From an uncultured Mycoplasma sp. (GTDB lineage Bacteria; Bacillota_I; Bacilli_A; RF39; UBA660), in assembly GCA_947646115.1 (NCBI GenBank), contig CANSFH010000004.1, forward strand, positions 1 through 59,481: DNA of 59,481 bases. The letters run 5' to 3'. This document shows positions 50,507 through 59,481 of the stretch, piece by piece. A model generated the notes under the pieces. It saw only the letters and a program-made list of their open reading frames with translations, did no database searches and was not told where the DNA came from. Each line of letters starts with the position of its first letter. The first letter of the stretch is position 1. Position numbers and translations under genes: made by a program.

Positions 50507-50821
50507 ATATTATCCTACTTTCTTACAAAAACTTCCTATTATTAGTTTTTGTTCTTACTAAATAATTATACCATGGATAATATGCGATGTAAATTAAAGG
50601 GAATATTTTTTACACATATTCTTTAGGGAAAATAGACATATTTGCTAATTTATCAGTTACATTTTATTATGTTATATTTAATTTGGAAGATTCAATATCT
50701 TGGATATCTACCTAAACTAAATGGAGTCTTGATAAAGCGAAAACTAAAACTTTTTACATAAAAGTTTAGTTTTTAATAAAAAGCATTTATTTTAAGGCGT
50801 ATATGTAAAAAGTTAGAATAG

Positions 50822-50859
50822 TTTTACTACTAATTTACTACTTTTAAAAATGAAAATAT
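50822..50859. repeat. 38-bp direct repeat, copy 1 (DR2/arm-site-like)
   Basis: ttttactactaatttactacttttaaaaatgaaaatat; 35/38 identical to copy 2. Confidence 0.9.
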
Positions 50860-50891
50860 GTTAAAATATTTAAAGTGATTGAGGTGATAAT

Positions 50892-51446
50892 ATGATTTAC
50901 GTTACTAGACATGGTCAAACAAATTGGAATGTGCAAAAGAGGGTAATGGGAAGATGTGATGAGCCTTTAAATAATAATGGCATAAATCAAGCAATAGAAA
51001 CTAAAAATAATTTATTAAATAAAGATATAGATTTAATTATTTGTTCTCCATTACTTAGGGCAAAGCAGACCGCAAATATTATAAATGAAGGCAGAAATAT
51101 TCCAATAGTTTATGATGATAGAATTATTGAGAGAGATTTTGGCGAATTTGAAGGAATGCAAACAAACGATTTTGATTTTAATGGTTATTGGAATTATTAC
51201 AAAAATGAACAATACCGAAAAGCAGAAAATATACAATTATTTTTTGATAGAGTATATAGTTTTTTAGATTATATTATAAAAAACTATAGTGATAAAAACG
51301 TCCTGATTGTAGCACATGGCGGCGTAAGTATCCCTGTTGCTTGTTATTTTAACGAAAATATCCCAACAGGTTCATTAATTGAAGCAGGATTAGTGCTTGG
51401 AAACTGTCAAGTTTTATCTTATTCTTGTTGTTCAAAAAATAAATAA
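50892..51446 (+). CDS. Histidine phosphatase (phosphoglycerate mutase family)
   Basis: RHGQT, SPLLRA, ERDFGEFEG, VAHGG. Confidence 0.93.
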   Translation: MIYVTRHGQTNWNVQKRVMGRCDEPLNNNGINQAIETKNNLLNKDIDLIICSPLLRAKQTANIINEGRNIPIVYDDRIIERDFGEFEGMQTNDFDFNGYWNYYKNEQYRKAENIQLFFDRVYSFLDYIIKNYSDKNVLIVAHGGVSIPVACYFNENIPTGSLIEAGLVLGNCQVLSYSCCSKNK

Positions 51447-51498
51447 TAAGAAATTTAATAGTGATTTTTAAATTTACTATTTTAATAATTTAACATTT

Positions 51499-51624
51499 TG
51501 CTACATGCTTCATGCTACATAATAAGGGTAATACTATCCTTATTATGGCGAAGACTTAAGTGGCTACGCCACTAGTCTCGCCTATAAGACTATATCCAGA
51601 TACTATGACATGCATAGTATTTTT
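51499..51624. other. Triple-hairpin structured non-coding segment
   Basis: Stems at 51518-51547, 51547-51582 and 51600-51620; tandem tgctacat at 51499 and 51513. Confidence 0.75.
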
Positions 51625-51657
51625 AATATTTAAAATTAATAATTTAAAAAAGATCAA

Positions 51658-51695
51658 TTTTACTACTAATTTACTACTTTTGAAAGCGAAAATAT
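51658..51695. repeat. 38-bp direct repeat, copy 2
   Basis: ttttactactaatttactacttttgaaagcgaaaatat; 836 bp from copy 1. Confidence 0.9.
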
Positions 51696-51954
51696 AATAA
51701 ATTATAAAAATATATGTGATTATCTACCAAAAATCAAAATGTTGTAAACACTTATAAATAAAGGTTATGACGACATTTAAGAACTTATAAAAGCTTACCT
51801 AAAAAGTGCTATATTTTTTTTTATAAAAGTTTTTTAAGTCAATCTATATTTTATTCCTACTTACTTTTTAGTAATAGCCATTAAAAATGACATCTAATTT
51901 TGTAAGAAATTAAATATCTTCTATAGGTAGACAATACATATAAGATATTTACTA

Positions 51955-52968
51955 TTATTTAAGAATAAATTGAATACTACCTTTTCCATTTTTACATTCA
52001 ACATGAGCAATAGCTCCATTAATGATTGTCATTCTGGGTGATACATGACCGATATCAGCATTAATAATAACTGGTATATTTAATTCATTTAAAGCATGTT
52101 TAAGAGCTTCTTTAAAACTAATATCACAATAACTTACTTCTGCAAAATTTCTACCAAATATAATTCCTTTAGTATATTTAAACCACCCCATTATTTTAAA
52201 TTTCCATAATGTTCTGATGATACTTTCGCTAGTCAATCCAAAATTATCGAAATACCAAATTACCCCATCTTCTTGATAACGTTCAATAAAATCTAAAGTT
52301 TTATCAAAAGGTGTACCAGCTAGTTCAGATAAGTCTTCTATACAGCCTCCTATAATTCGACCTTTCATTTCAATTTTATCTTCATCATTTAGATTTTCCC
52401 ACTTAACTTTTTTGTCTAAAAGATAAGGTTCGTTTCCAATTATATATTTAGTATGGCCTGACTCATATTTAGGATAACTATTTTGGGTTATTATATTTCC
52501 TTGTAATATTTGAAAGTTATCTTCCAATGATTTATGCCAAGGCGTCATACCAAAAGCAGCAAAATTTGTTCCATAAATAGTTGCTATATCATAGTTAGTA
52601 GTTATTGTAAAAGTTAGGCATGTTGGATTAGAATATCCTTGCAACCATTTGGGATTATTTTTTACAACTTCAAAATTAAACTCTGGAAGCATTTCCATCG
52701 CAAATTCACCGCCAGCAGCACAAATTATCATTTTAACATCAGAATTCAAATATAAACTCTCTAATTCTTTCGCTTGAGTTTTACTACTTGAACTTCTTCC
52801 TTTACTCCCAGTTCTAACATTAGCAGTTTCCATAATATTAAAACCTTTATTATTAAAATTTTTAATCGCATAATCTAATCTTTTAACTTTCTCTGGTTTA
52901 GTGATGCCATTAGCAGGAGCAGTTACTCCTATTATATCTCCTACTTTTATAAATTCTGGATATATCAT
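51955..52968 (-). CDS. S66 peptidase (LD-carboxypeptidase / MccF-like)
   Basis: IGVTAPA, GG, WLQGYSN, GRIIGGC, DIGH. Confidence 0.88.
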   Translation of the reverse strand: MIYPEFIKVGDIIGVTAPANGITKPEKVKRLDYAIKNFNNKGFNIMETANVRTGSKGRSSSSKTQAKELESLYLNSDVKMIICAAGGEFAMEMLPEFNFEVVKNNPKWLQGYSNPTCLTFTITTNYDIATIYGTNFAAFGMTPWHKSLEDNFQILQGNIITQNSYPKYESGHTKYIIGNEPYLLDKKVKWENLNDEDKIEMKGRIIGGCIEDLSELAGTPFDKTLDFIERYQEDGVIWYFDNFGLTSESIIRTLWKFKIMGWFKYTKGIIFGRNFAEVSYCDISFKEALKHALNELNIPVIINADIGHVSPRMTIINGAIAHVECKNGKGSIQFILK

Positions 52969-52975
52969 TAAATTC

Positions 52976-53892
52976 CTACTTTCTATTACTAATTTCTTCT
53001 TCTATATATCTTATCATAATTTTATTATCTTTAGTAATTATTTTTTTACCTAATTCTTTTTCTAAATTTGCTTTGGTATTTTTAGCTATTTTGCCTCCCC
53101 GTTTAGCAATTTTTTTATTTTCAGCTAAACCAAAAGGTTTATGACATCGCGCTAGTTCTCTAGTTGCCACTTCACCAATGTCTGTTAATAATATTTCTAA
53201 ATCTGACATATTATCTCGTAAAGATTCTTTTCTAATTCCTTTAAAATCCTTGTATTCATTAGCATTCATACCTGACCACTCATGATATATTTCATTGGTT
53301 AATATAGCATACTCGTAATCTTTATTTATACCATTTTCTTTCCAAGTATCAGTTAACTTATTACGATTAATAATTGCTTTTATTCGAGCCTCAATCCAAC
53401 TATTATCACAACCTTTTCTTTGATAATACTTTATTGCTCTTTTAATAGCAAGTTCAGGCAAAAGTATTAATAATATTAATTTTATCAATAATACTTTATT
53501 GCTCTTTTAATAGCAAGTTCAGGGTCAAATACTTCATCAATTCTTTCACTCCCAAGAGTTGCTAACCACATTTTAAATGGTTCAGCATTAGGACTAGGAA
53601 TAGACTCTATTAATCTAAAAATGTCTTTGGTACATAGAGCATCTCGCATGCGCATTTTTCCGTCAGGTGCTAACATTTTCAACTGACTACAATTTGTAGT
53701 CACTTCACTTCCTTCTTTAATTAATCTTAACTTTAATACAGACCAATATTTACGAGGATTAACACTATTTGTTAAAACAGCAACAACATCAACTACACTA
53801 AAATAGTAATCTCCTTTCTCACTATCCCAGACACTTCTAATTTCATTTCCTTCAAAAAGATTTATAATTGTTTCTAACTTGTTTTCTTGCAA
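52976..53892 (-). pseudogene. Bro-N-family (antirepressor-like) gene split into two ORFs by a 65-bp insertion
   Basis: ORF 53485-53892 ends PELAIKRAIKYY and ORF 52976-53488 restarts with the same peptide. Removing 65 bp restores a 283-aa ORF (FSVVDVV, PSPNAEPFKMWLA, SLRDNM). Confidence 0.85.
53423..53523. repeat. Exact 36-bp direct repeat (53423-53458, 53488-53523) with a 29-bp filler
   Basis: ataatactttattgctcttttaatagcaagttcagg occurs twice. Confidence 0.93.
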
Positions 53893-53995
53893 TTCTTTTC
53901 CTTCTTTCTATTTTCTTAAGTTAGAACCTACACTCCATTTATAGTTTACCAAACGTTTGTTTTTATGTCAAGAATAATAGATTAAAAAAAGTAGC

Positions 53996-55117
53996 CTATG
54001 CTACCTCATTATTTTCTTTATTACATTTGTAAACAATTAATGGTACTAAAACTTCATCTTCAGTAATGCCAGCATGCATCGATGTATATTTTACACTATT
54101 TTCATTATATCTAAAATATTTATTAGAAATTGCAATTGCCAAGTAATCACCTAAAGAATCTTCAAACCGAAAATGATTTTGACCAATACCAAAAATATTT
54201 GTGTTAACAACCTCTTCTTTTGTATAAAGAATAAAATCTTTAGCAAAATACTTATTAAATAAATTTTTAAAATTTTCTTTTTCGTCTTCTTTAATAAAGA
54301 AATTGCAAGCTCGACCTTCAATTGATATATCACGTTTTAAAGTTTCAAATATATCTTTGTAATCACTTAAAGTAATGGCTTTAGAATTAAGATGGCCATG
54401 GTCAGCAACGACAATAACTAAAGTATTATCAAGACTAGCACATAACTTTTTAGTACCTTCATCAATTTCATTTAAAATAGCTTTTATTTCTTTAGCATCA
54501 GTTCCTAATTCATGCATCGTATGGTCAGGCTCATGATAATAAGCATAAATAAAATTTTTATTACCAGTGTTACATAGTTTTGATATAACCTGATACATAT
54601 CTTCTAAATTTTGATAAGTGTATTCACTAAAGGGAGAAACATAATAAGCCTTATGCTTTTTATTTATTAACTCTATTATAGAAGTATATGGGTAATATTT
54701 GTGAGCTACCGATTCATCTGATACTTTATCTTCGGTATCCTTTTTTGTATTCAAAAACATTGTAACAGTTTCATGAATATCTTTAAAATATAAATCCCAT
54801 CCTAACCAACCATGTTCATTGGGATTCAATCCTGTTAAAATAGTAGTTGTAGAAGCTGTTGTAGTTGGTGGGAAAACAGCATGAATATCTTTAATTTTAT
54901 TTGTTCTTAAAAAAGAATTTGATTTTAAATTTCTTTTTAAAATATTAGAACCCATGCCATCATATAAAATTAAAATAACATTTTTATAATTTTTTTCATT
55001 TAAAATTTCATCTAATTCAAGAATTGTATTATGAAAAGGTTTTATATCAAAATACTTTAAAATAGAATTAGTCAAATTACTTAAACCATCTGTATAATTA
55101 GGAAACATATATTTCAT
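53996..55117 (-). CDS. Alkaline phosphatase superfamily / nucleotide pyrophosphatase-phosphodiesterase
   Basis: LYDGMG, FPPTT, YYHEPDHTMH, ADHGH, HAG. Confidence 0.88.
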   Translation of the reverse strand: MKYMFPNYTDGLSNLTNSILKYFDIKPFHNTILELDEILNEKNYKNVILILYDGMGSNILKRNLKSNSFLRTNKIKDIHAVFPPTTTASTTTILTGLNPNEHGWLGWDLYFKDIHETVTMFLNTKKDTEDKVSDESVAHKYYPYTSIIELINKKHKAYYVSPFSEYTYQNLEDMYQVISKLCNTGNKNFIYAYYHEPDHTMHELGTDAKEIKAILNEIDEGTKKLCASLDNTLVIVVADHGHLNSKAITLSDYKDIFETLKRDISIEGRACNFFIKEDEKENFKNLFNKYFAKDFILYTKEEVVNTNIFGIGQNHFRFEDSLGDYLAIAISNKYFRYNENSVKYTSMHAGITEDEVLVPLIVYKCNKENNEVA

Positions 55118-55125
55118 AAAAACCT

Positions 55126-56001
55126 CTAATCTATATTTATTAGCTCATAATATTTAGAGCCAATTCCAAGTTTCTCTGCAGAATCGATAGTAAGCAATCC
55201 GTTACGTGAACTTACTCTTTCCATAAAATGGTCTTTACCTGGGTCACTAGAATTCCTTACTAAATCAATACAAGCCTCGTCAAGCGCGACTGGGTCTAAA
55301 GATGCCAAGACTCCAATATCTTTCATACAAGGATCTTCAGCAATACTACAACAATCACAATCAACTGACATATTAGCCATTACATTAATATAAACTATTT
55401 TATCTTGATAGAAATCAACAATAGTTTTTGAAGCATCAGCCATAGACATTAAAAATGAATCATGATCAGCATTCATTAATTCTTCAAAGGTTGCATTTTC
55501 ATTACCACTAGTATGAATATATTTTTTGCCTTTACTAGATGCAAGTCCTATCGAAATATTTTTTAGTGCGCCACCAAAACCACCCATAGGATGTCCTTTA
55601 AAATGGGATAAAACAAGCATAGAATTATAATTAGGCATTTTAGCACCTACAAAATTTTTATTAATAACTATACCTTCAGGATTTTCTAAAATAATATCAT
55701 CCTCACTATCTAGAATATCGACATTATAATATTTACTCCATCCATGATTTTCCATAAGTTTTAAATGTTTTTCTGTTGTATTTCGTTCACCTTCATAGGC
55801 AGTGTTGCATTCTACTATCGTACCATTTACACGTTCAATTATTTTACGCATAAATTCTGGATGTAAATAATTTTGATTACCTTTTTCACCAGAATGTACC
55901 TTAACTGCAACTTTGCCTGTTAATTCAACATTTAAACTTTCATAAATTCTCACGATACTTTCAGGAGTTATTTCACTTGTAAAGTATACTTTACTCTTCA
56001 T
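55126..56001 (-). CDS. DUF362-family putative Fe-S protein
   Basis: KVHSGE, ECNTAY, HFKGHPMGGFGGALKN, DCDC, DPVALD. Confidence 0.85.
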   Translation of the reverse strand: MKSKVYFTSEITPESIVRIYESLNVELTGKVAVKVHSGEKGNQNYLHPEFMRKIIERVNGTIVECNTAYEGERNTTEKHLKLMENHGWSKYYNVDILDSEDDIILENPEGIVINKNFVGAKMPNYNSMLVLSHFKGHPMGGFGGALKNISIGLASSKGKKYIHTSGNENATFEELMNADHDSFLMSMADASKTIVDFYQDKIVYINVMANMSVDCDCCSIAEDPCMKDIGVLASLDPVALDEACIDLVRNSSDPGKDHFMERVSSRNGLLTIDSAEKLGIGSKYYELINID

Positions 56002-56054
56002 AAAATCTCTTCTTTCTATAATTTATTATAACTGATAGTAAGAAAAAAAGATAC

Positions 56055-56327
56055 TTAATTTAAAGTATCTTTATAAAGTTTATATATAAATATTAAGTAA
56101 ATAGCTAATAAAATTAAACTTAACATACCTAGTATAATAGCATAGATTAGATTGTTTTTTAAAGCTTTTATACTAACCCATAATAATAAGAACATTATTC
56201 CTAAATAGAATCCACTAATTAAAATAAATAGTGGCACTCTAATCCATAACGATATTTTTTTGCTTTTAATTATTTCAGTTAAGCCTTCAAATAATATCTC
56301 ACCAAGAAACTCAATTAGTAATTCCAT
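56055..56327 (-). CDS. Small membrane protein
   Basis: Two hydrophobic segments; 3 bp after nusG. Confidence 0.7.
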   Translation of the reverse strand: MELLIEFLGEILFEGLTEIIKSKKISLWIRVPLFILISGFYLGIMFLLLWVSIKALKNNLIYAIILGMLSLILLAIYLIFIYKLYKDTLN

Positions 56328-56330
56328 AAC

Positions 56331-56864
56331 TTAAGCTTTATTAACTTGATATACTTCTACTTCTACTGGAGTTTCTTGACCAAATAAATCGATTAAAACA
56401 TTTAAACGATTATTTTCTAAATCAATATTATCAACACGACCCATCATACCTTTGAACGGACCATCAACAATATTAACTTTATCGCCAACGGCAAGCTCTG
56501 CTTCAACATTAACTCGACTCATACCCATATTAGCTAATATTTTATCAATCTCTTGTGGAAGTAATGGTGTTGGTTTAGCTCCTTTACCAGATGAACCGAT
56601 AAATCCTGTTACTCCTGGAGTATTACGAACGATATACCAAGCTTCATCACTCATTACCATTTCAACAATAATGTATCCGGGAAACATTTTATGTTTCTTT
56701 TCTTTTTTTACCCCATCTTTAACTTCAACTTCTGTTGTTTCTGGAATAATAATACGATAAATATAATCTTGTAAGCCCATTGATTCAACTTTAGCTTCAA
56801 GTTTTTCTTTTACCTTTGATTCATGTCCACTATATGTGTTAACAACATACCATTCTTTTTCCAT
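56331..56864 (-). CDS. nusG: Transcription termination/antitermination factor NusG
   Basis: WYVVNTYSGHE, FPGYIIVEM, TPGVTGF, KOW GPFKG, FGQETPVE. Confidence 0.98.
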   Translation of the reverse strand: MEKEWYVVNTYSGHESKVKEKLEAKVESMGLQDYIYRIIIPETTEVEVKDGVKKEKKHKMFPGYIIVEMVMSDEAWYIVRNTPGVTGFIGSSGKGAKPTPLLPQEIDKILANMGMSRVNVEAELAVGDKVNIVDGPFKGMMGRVDNIDLENNRLNVLIDLFGQETPVEVEVYQVNKA

Positions 56865-57115
56865 TAATTAAAAGCCCCCCTTATAACTGACATTAATAAA
56901 CTCATTAATATAAAGAATCCTACAAGCACTAGCACAAACATAATTGTTGCAAAAGTATATTTTAATACTTCTTTTTTACTAGGCCATTTAACTTTTTTTA
57001 GTTCGCTAGATATACTTGCAAAATAATTTTCTTTTTGAACTTTATTTTTCTTTACTTTCTTTTCAACTTTTTTAATTGTTTTTTCTTTTTTAGTTTTTGT
57101 TTCTTCTTTAGCCAT
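56864..57115 (-). CDS. secE: Preprotein translocase SecE
   Basis: ELKKVKWPS plus TM; upstream of nusG. Confidence 0.93.
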   Translation of the reverse strand: MAKEETKTKKEKTIKKVEKKVKKNKVQKENYFASISSELKKVKWPSKKEVLKYTFATIMFVLVLVGFFILMSLLMSVIRGAFN

Positions 57116-57207
57116 TTTCCTCGCCTCTTTTTTTGTAAATTAAAAAACACTTTCGTGTTCATCTATAATTTATCATAAATGAACTTAAATTGCAAGTGTT
57201 AATTTTA

Positions 57208-57566
57208 TTAAATTTCATCAATTATTCTTCTTGCTCTAGTGTAAGAATTATTAGTATTATTAGATTCAAATTCTTCAGCGTTATTACCTATGAAATTAAA
57301 CCCTTCTATAACTGATAGATATTCTTCTTTATTACAATTATTTAGACTTTTAATCCTAGTTATACCTAGACTTTCGCACAATAGGAGCCAAGATGCTAGT
57401 AAATATTCTAAAACTTTTGAATCATCTTATACAAACTTAAAGAATAGATATCTACACCGTTAATATTAGACTTAACTAAATAGAGAAGTTCCATTTTATT
57501 ATCATCATAGGAAACTTTAATTAAAGCTGGTTCGTTACATATTAAATCTTCAAGTATTGTTATCAA
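57208..57566 (-). pseudogene. Frameshifted hypothetical gene
   Basis: Frame A (LITILEDLICNEPAL...) shifts near 57425 into frame B (DDSKVLEYLLASW...YTRARRIIDEI*); no good start. Confidence 0.55.
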
Positions 57567-57595
57567 TTCTTTCTATAAGTTACTGTTATAGCATA

Positions 57596-58372
57596 TCATC
57601 TATCGAAATAAAAGCCAAAGAAAGCTCCTAATATAAAAATAATTATTAAATATAAATTGAGAGCTTCTATTATATCTAAAAATAAAATTAATATTGAACC
57701 AACCATAAAAGCAAAAATTATACTATGTGTTTCTTCTTTTTTATTTTTTAAAAGATAGTTCATTATATAACATATAACAACTATTCCAAACACCATTCCA
57801 AATAAATATATAAGAAAGATATTACTAAAAGGATTTGCTAGAATATTTAAAACAAATTCATAAACGCCTAGCATCATAAAGATAGCTGTACCGCTTATAC
57901 CAGGAACAATTGAAGTAAATGCATCAATTATACCTAATACTATAACATATAAATAATTGAATACTGTACCTGTAAATATAAAATTAGTTGAAGTATCAAG
58001 ATAAGTCGTTAGAAACATTAAGGATAAGAATATGAAAAATATTAAAATATTTTTTAAATTTAATTTTAAATTTTTACTAAAAGGAATTAATGTCCCTAGA
58101 ATTAGTCCTAAAAATAAATACATAGTTTCATTATAATAATTAGTAAGTAAAAAAAGTATTATTTTACTGAATATGATAATAGCTAAAAATACCCCTATAC
58201 CAAAATTAAGTAATAATTTAAAATGTTTTTTAGGATTATCAAAAAAGTTAGTAACTGCTTCTAAAACATTTTCATAAATGCCTAAAGTCATAGCAAGCAT
58301 TGAACCACTTACTCCAGGAATAATTTTGCCAAGACCGACAATAAAACTTTTAAGTATTAAAAAAAGATTCAT
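57596..58372 (-). CDS. DUF368-family membrane protein (putative undecaprenyl-phosphate translocase)
   Basis: Duplicated IPGVSGS / VPGISGT motifs, multi-TM. Confidence 0.88.
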   Translation of the reverse strand: MNLFLILKSFIVGLGKIIPGVSGSMLAMTLGIYENVLEAVTNFFDNPKKHFKLLLNFGIGVFLAIIIFSKIILFLLTNYYNETMYLFLGLILGTLIPFSKNLKLNLKNILIFFIFLSLMFLTTYLDTSTNFIFTGTVFNYLYVIVLGIIDAFTSIVPGISGTAIFMMLGVYEFVLNILANPFSNIFLIYLFGMVFGIVVICYIMNYLLKNKKEETHSIIFAFMVGSILILFLDIIEALNLYLIIIFILGAFFGFYFDR

Positions 58373-58432
58373 ATAATCACCATTAAATTATATGAATAAA
58401 AAAGAAATAACAATCACTTGTTACTTCTAATT

Positions 58433-59481
58433 TTAAGAATTACCTCCAACTACGATGTATGGATCTGTGATTGTTCCTGTTCCTGTTAATTCTATATCTG
58501 AGCGAAGGTTTATGACAGGACGTACCCCTAACGAATAATTTGGCGTATCATTTAGGAGAGCTCCTGTATTATCTACACGGAACACGCTAGCATAGCCTCC
58601 TGATCCAACCATATACGGAGTTAAAGTCCAGTATTGTTGACTAGCATATAAATAATAACTATAATTCTCTTTTACGTAATATCCTCCTGCTAATGCTACT
58701 TCATCTGCGGTTATTAGTCCTACTGGGTATGTTAAACTCTTATTTCCATTTTCTGATTCTTTAATTGTGTATAAATCTTCTGCTGAACACATTAAGTTTG
58801 GATTACGCATTCCTGTACTTAGCCTTATATAGCCTGCATAATATGTTACTTCTTCACCAGTACCTCCTCGATTATTTATTTCTACTTTACTTGTACTTGG
58901 CGTTCTATCTCCACAAAATCCTGCATTTATATCTATTTTAGTTGCATAATTTGCTAGATTACTCGTATACCATGTTTCTAGATTTGTTAATATTGTTGAT
59001 TTTGTTCCTGTTCCATGTACTTGTCCACTTGTATACTTGAATCCTACATACATATTATTATTATAACTTGAATTGAATGCGCTTGTATATGCTATTCCAT
59101 CATAGATTATTCTAATACTGCCATCACCATTTATTCTGATTATTCTCCAAATTTTATTAGCAAATTTTACGTAGTTATTTGTGACTGCCCCCCTCCAATA
59201 AAATGTATCGCCATCATTATCTCTAGCTTTAAATATCCCTTCATCTGTCGTTGCTACAGTTGAGAAATTTGGTGTTTCTTCATTTATAGGAATGCTAGAT
59301 AAAATATTGTTGCCAGCTTCCACTATTTTATCAAAATACAAATAACAGCTTGTTCCATTTTTTTTCAAATTATCAGTATAAAATCTCTTATTATAAATAT
59401 TCCATCCTGGTACTGTATCGTTTGAGCATACACTCTTTTCTACATTTAATGTATACCCAGTTTGAGGTATATCTTCACTAT
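58433..59481 (-). CDS. Secreted/surface hypothetical protein, 5'-truncated by the window edge
   Basis: Frame is open from 59479 to 58433 (SEDIPQTGYTLNVEKSVC... upstream of the ORF-track TTG); WRIIRINGDGSIRII, VGLITADEV, GVRPVINL, GTITDPY. Confidence 0.82.
   Translation of the reverse strand, partial: SEDIPQTGYTLNVEKSVCSNDTVPGWNIYNKRFYTDNLKKNGTSCYLYFDKIVEAGNNILSSIPINEETPNFSTVATTDEGIFKARDNDGDTFYWRGAVTNNYVKFANKIWRIIRINGDGSIRIIYDGIAYTSAFNSSYNNNMYVGFKYTSGQVHGTGTKSTILTNLETWYTSNLANYATKIDINAGFCGDRTPSTSKVEINNRGGTGEEVTYYAGYIRLSTGMRNPNLMCSAEDLYTIKESENGNKSLTYPVGLITADEVALAGGYYVKENYSYYLYASQQYWTLTPYMVGSGGYASVFRVDNTGALLNDTPNYSLGVRPVINLRSDIELTGTGTITDPYIVVGGNS

Larger units (their letters stand above)
50730..51818. 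mobile_element. Putative non-autonomous mini element with Tn916-like end motifs (boundaries approximate)
   Basis: TTTACTACTAATTTACTACT arm motifs near both ends; 51658-51818 is colinear with the recalled Tn916 right end; no integrase nearby. Confidence 0.6.

Noticed and set aside
50590-50720. Short open frame (KGNIFYTYSLGKIDIF...) and a dif-like ACTTCCTA at ~50531
   Set aside because: No start or RBS for the frame; the dif similarity covers only 8 nt with no XerD half.
53423-53523. CRISPR array (36-bp repeat plus 29-bp spacer, type II-like sizes)
   Set aside because: Only two units; the repeat is in-frame coding sequence (PELAIKRAIKYY) of the Bro-N gene; no cas genes or leader in the window.
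462-56760. Short ORF-track entries overlapping real genes (e.g. 462-662, 3693-3908, 3915-4100, 6965-7165, 11911-12177, 12819-13073, 13208-13453, 21022-21267, 22270-22482, 22797-22994, 24916-25113, 26758-26952, 29336-29518, 31733-31996, 33486-33689, 36262-36675, 41075-41335, 41888-42082, 48993-49217, 51051-51236, 54151-54333, 56452-56760)
   Set aside because: Antisense or alternate-frame shadows of well-supported genes, with no RBS or motifs.
1-59481. Mollicute genetic code 4 (TGA=Trp)
   Set aside because: Conserved genes translate full length under code 11, use TGG for Trp, and some end on TGA.

Overview
Very AT-rich chromosomal window from a low-GC Firmicute. Standard genetic code, Bacilli-type synteny and many orphan genes suggest an uncultured RF39-like gut Bacilli genome (inference). 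Most genes lie on the minus strand. Housekeeping content: valS with T-box, yceD-rpmF/tmcAL, polA-mutM, pyrH, sepF-divIVA, secE-nusG and tRNA-Arg(CCT). Accessory content: a TetR-ABC exporter, ZIP, two NUDIX paralogs, a NitT/TauT ABC importer and a sortase B/substrate pair. Most notable: (1) a Dlt-like A-domain/PLP decarboxylase/ACP/MBOAT/SGNH operon with acpS and a two-component system, which may install a decarboxylated aminoacyl group (beta-alanyl or GABA type) on a surface polymer; (2) a ~1.1-kb integrase-less mini element with Tn916-like end motifs, one phosphatase gene and a triple-hairpin region; (3) a one-gene NUDIX islet between the tRNA-Arg 3' end and a degenerate copy of it; (4) a peptidoglycan cross-bridge cluster with D-Asp ligase, two AsnB paralogs and a divergent racemase; (5) a stand-alone R-S-QxE ADP-ribosyltransferase; (6) three unknown genes heading the sepF-divIVA operon; (7) a Bro-N gene split by a 65-bp duplication. 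All family calls come from motif recognition by eye; no database searches were run.
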